From contig CP178758.1 of NCBI GenBank assembly GCA_047651235.1, positions 540,001 to 572,000 of the forward strand: a stretch of 32,000 bases of DNA. Direction: 5' to 3'. The first letter of the stretch is position 1. Every line of letters starts with the position of its first letter. Positions 31,901-32,000 of this stretch are shown one piece after another. Position numbers and translations under genes: made by a program. This stretch comes from Candidatus Electrothrix yaqonensis. GTDB taxonomy: Bacteria; Desulfobacterota; Desulfobulbia; Desulfobulbales; Desulfobulbaceae. Below the pieces are notes generated by a model. The model searched no databases. It worked only from the letters and a program-made list of their open reading frames with translations, and was not told where the DNA came from.

Positions 31901-32000
31901 CTACCTTTCTGACGTATCGATAAAACCGAAATTCCCCTCCGCGCTCAGCAGATGGGCAAAGCGGTCCTGATTTTCTCTGATCTGACTGATAACTGACAGG
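31901..32000 (-). CDS. 3' end of an unidentified minus-strand gene (33 codons, cut by window edge)
   Basis: The open frame reads ...LSVISQIRENQDRFAHLLSAEGNFGFIDTSER* with stop (cta on plus) at 31901-31903, directly followed by the bidirectional terminator. It is too short to identify. Confidence 0.3.
   Translation of the reverse strand, partial: LSVISQIRENQDRFAHLLSAEGNFGFIDTSER

Overview
This 32-kb window comes from a fairly GC-rich bacterial chromosome. I judged composition by eye and computed nothing. The gene content (multiheme cytochrome, REP-encoded peptide motifs) suggests an anaerobic Desulfobacterota-like organism, but that is inference only.

Positions 1 to about 5700 form a mosaic accessory region. 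It holds:
- a PIN toxin / RHH antitoxin pair;
- a REP-associated tyrosine transposase (RAYT) with GTAG-headed REP doublets both beside and inside its ORF;
- two non-contiguous RHS fragments on the minus strand, the distal one carrying an LRAT/NlpC-P60-like toxin tip with no obvious immunity gene;
- between the RHS fragments, a visibly AT-rich ~2.4-kb block with three unrelated lipoprotein genes. This block is punctuated by a repeated ~105-bp terminator-plus-promoter module and bordered by a 23-bp iteron-like array.

The rest is mostly core genes:
- recJ, glutamine cyclotransferase, guaB, guaA, an NYN-cold-shock-domain fusion, and glk;
- a large DUF11-repeat secreted protein with a T9G9 tract upstream, and an ISAzo13-family transposase remnant;
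- an argC-truA-SBP-tsaE operon;
- a five-heme cytochrome c whose ORF is interrupted by one in-frame TGA;
- pepN, a receiver-receiver-PPDK_N regulator, and a secreted protein behind a structured leader.

I found no rRNA, tRNA or CRISPR array.

The best leads are the in-frame TGA (candidate selenocysteine), the cassette-like lipoprotein block with its iteron array inside the RHS locus, and the REP doublet embedded in the RAYT ORF. I cannot show from sequence alone that any of these is a new system.
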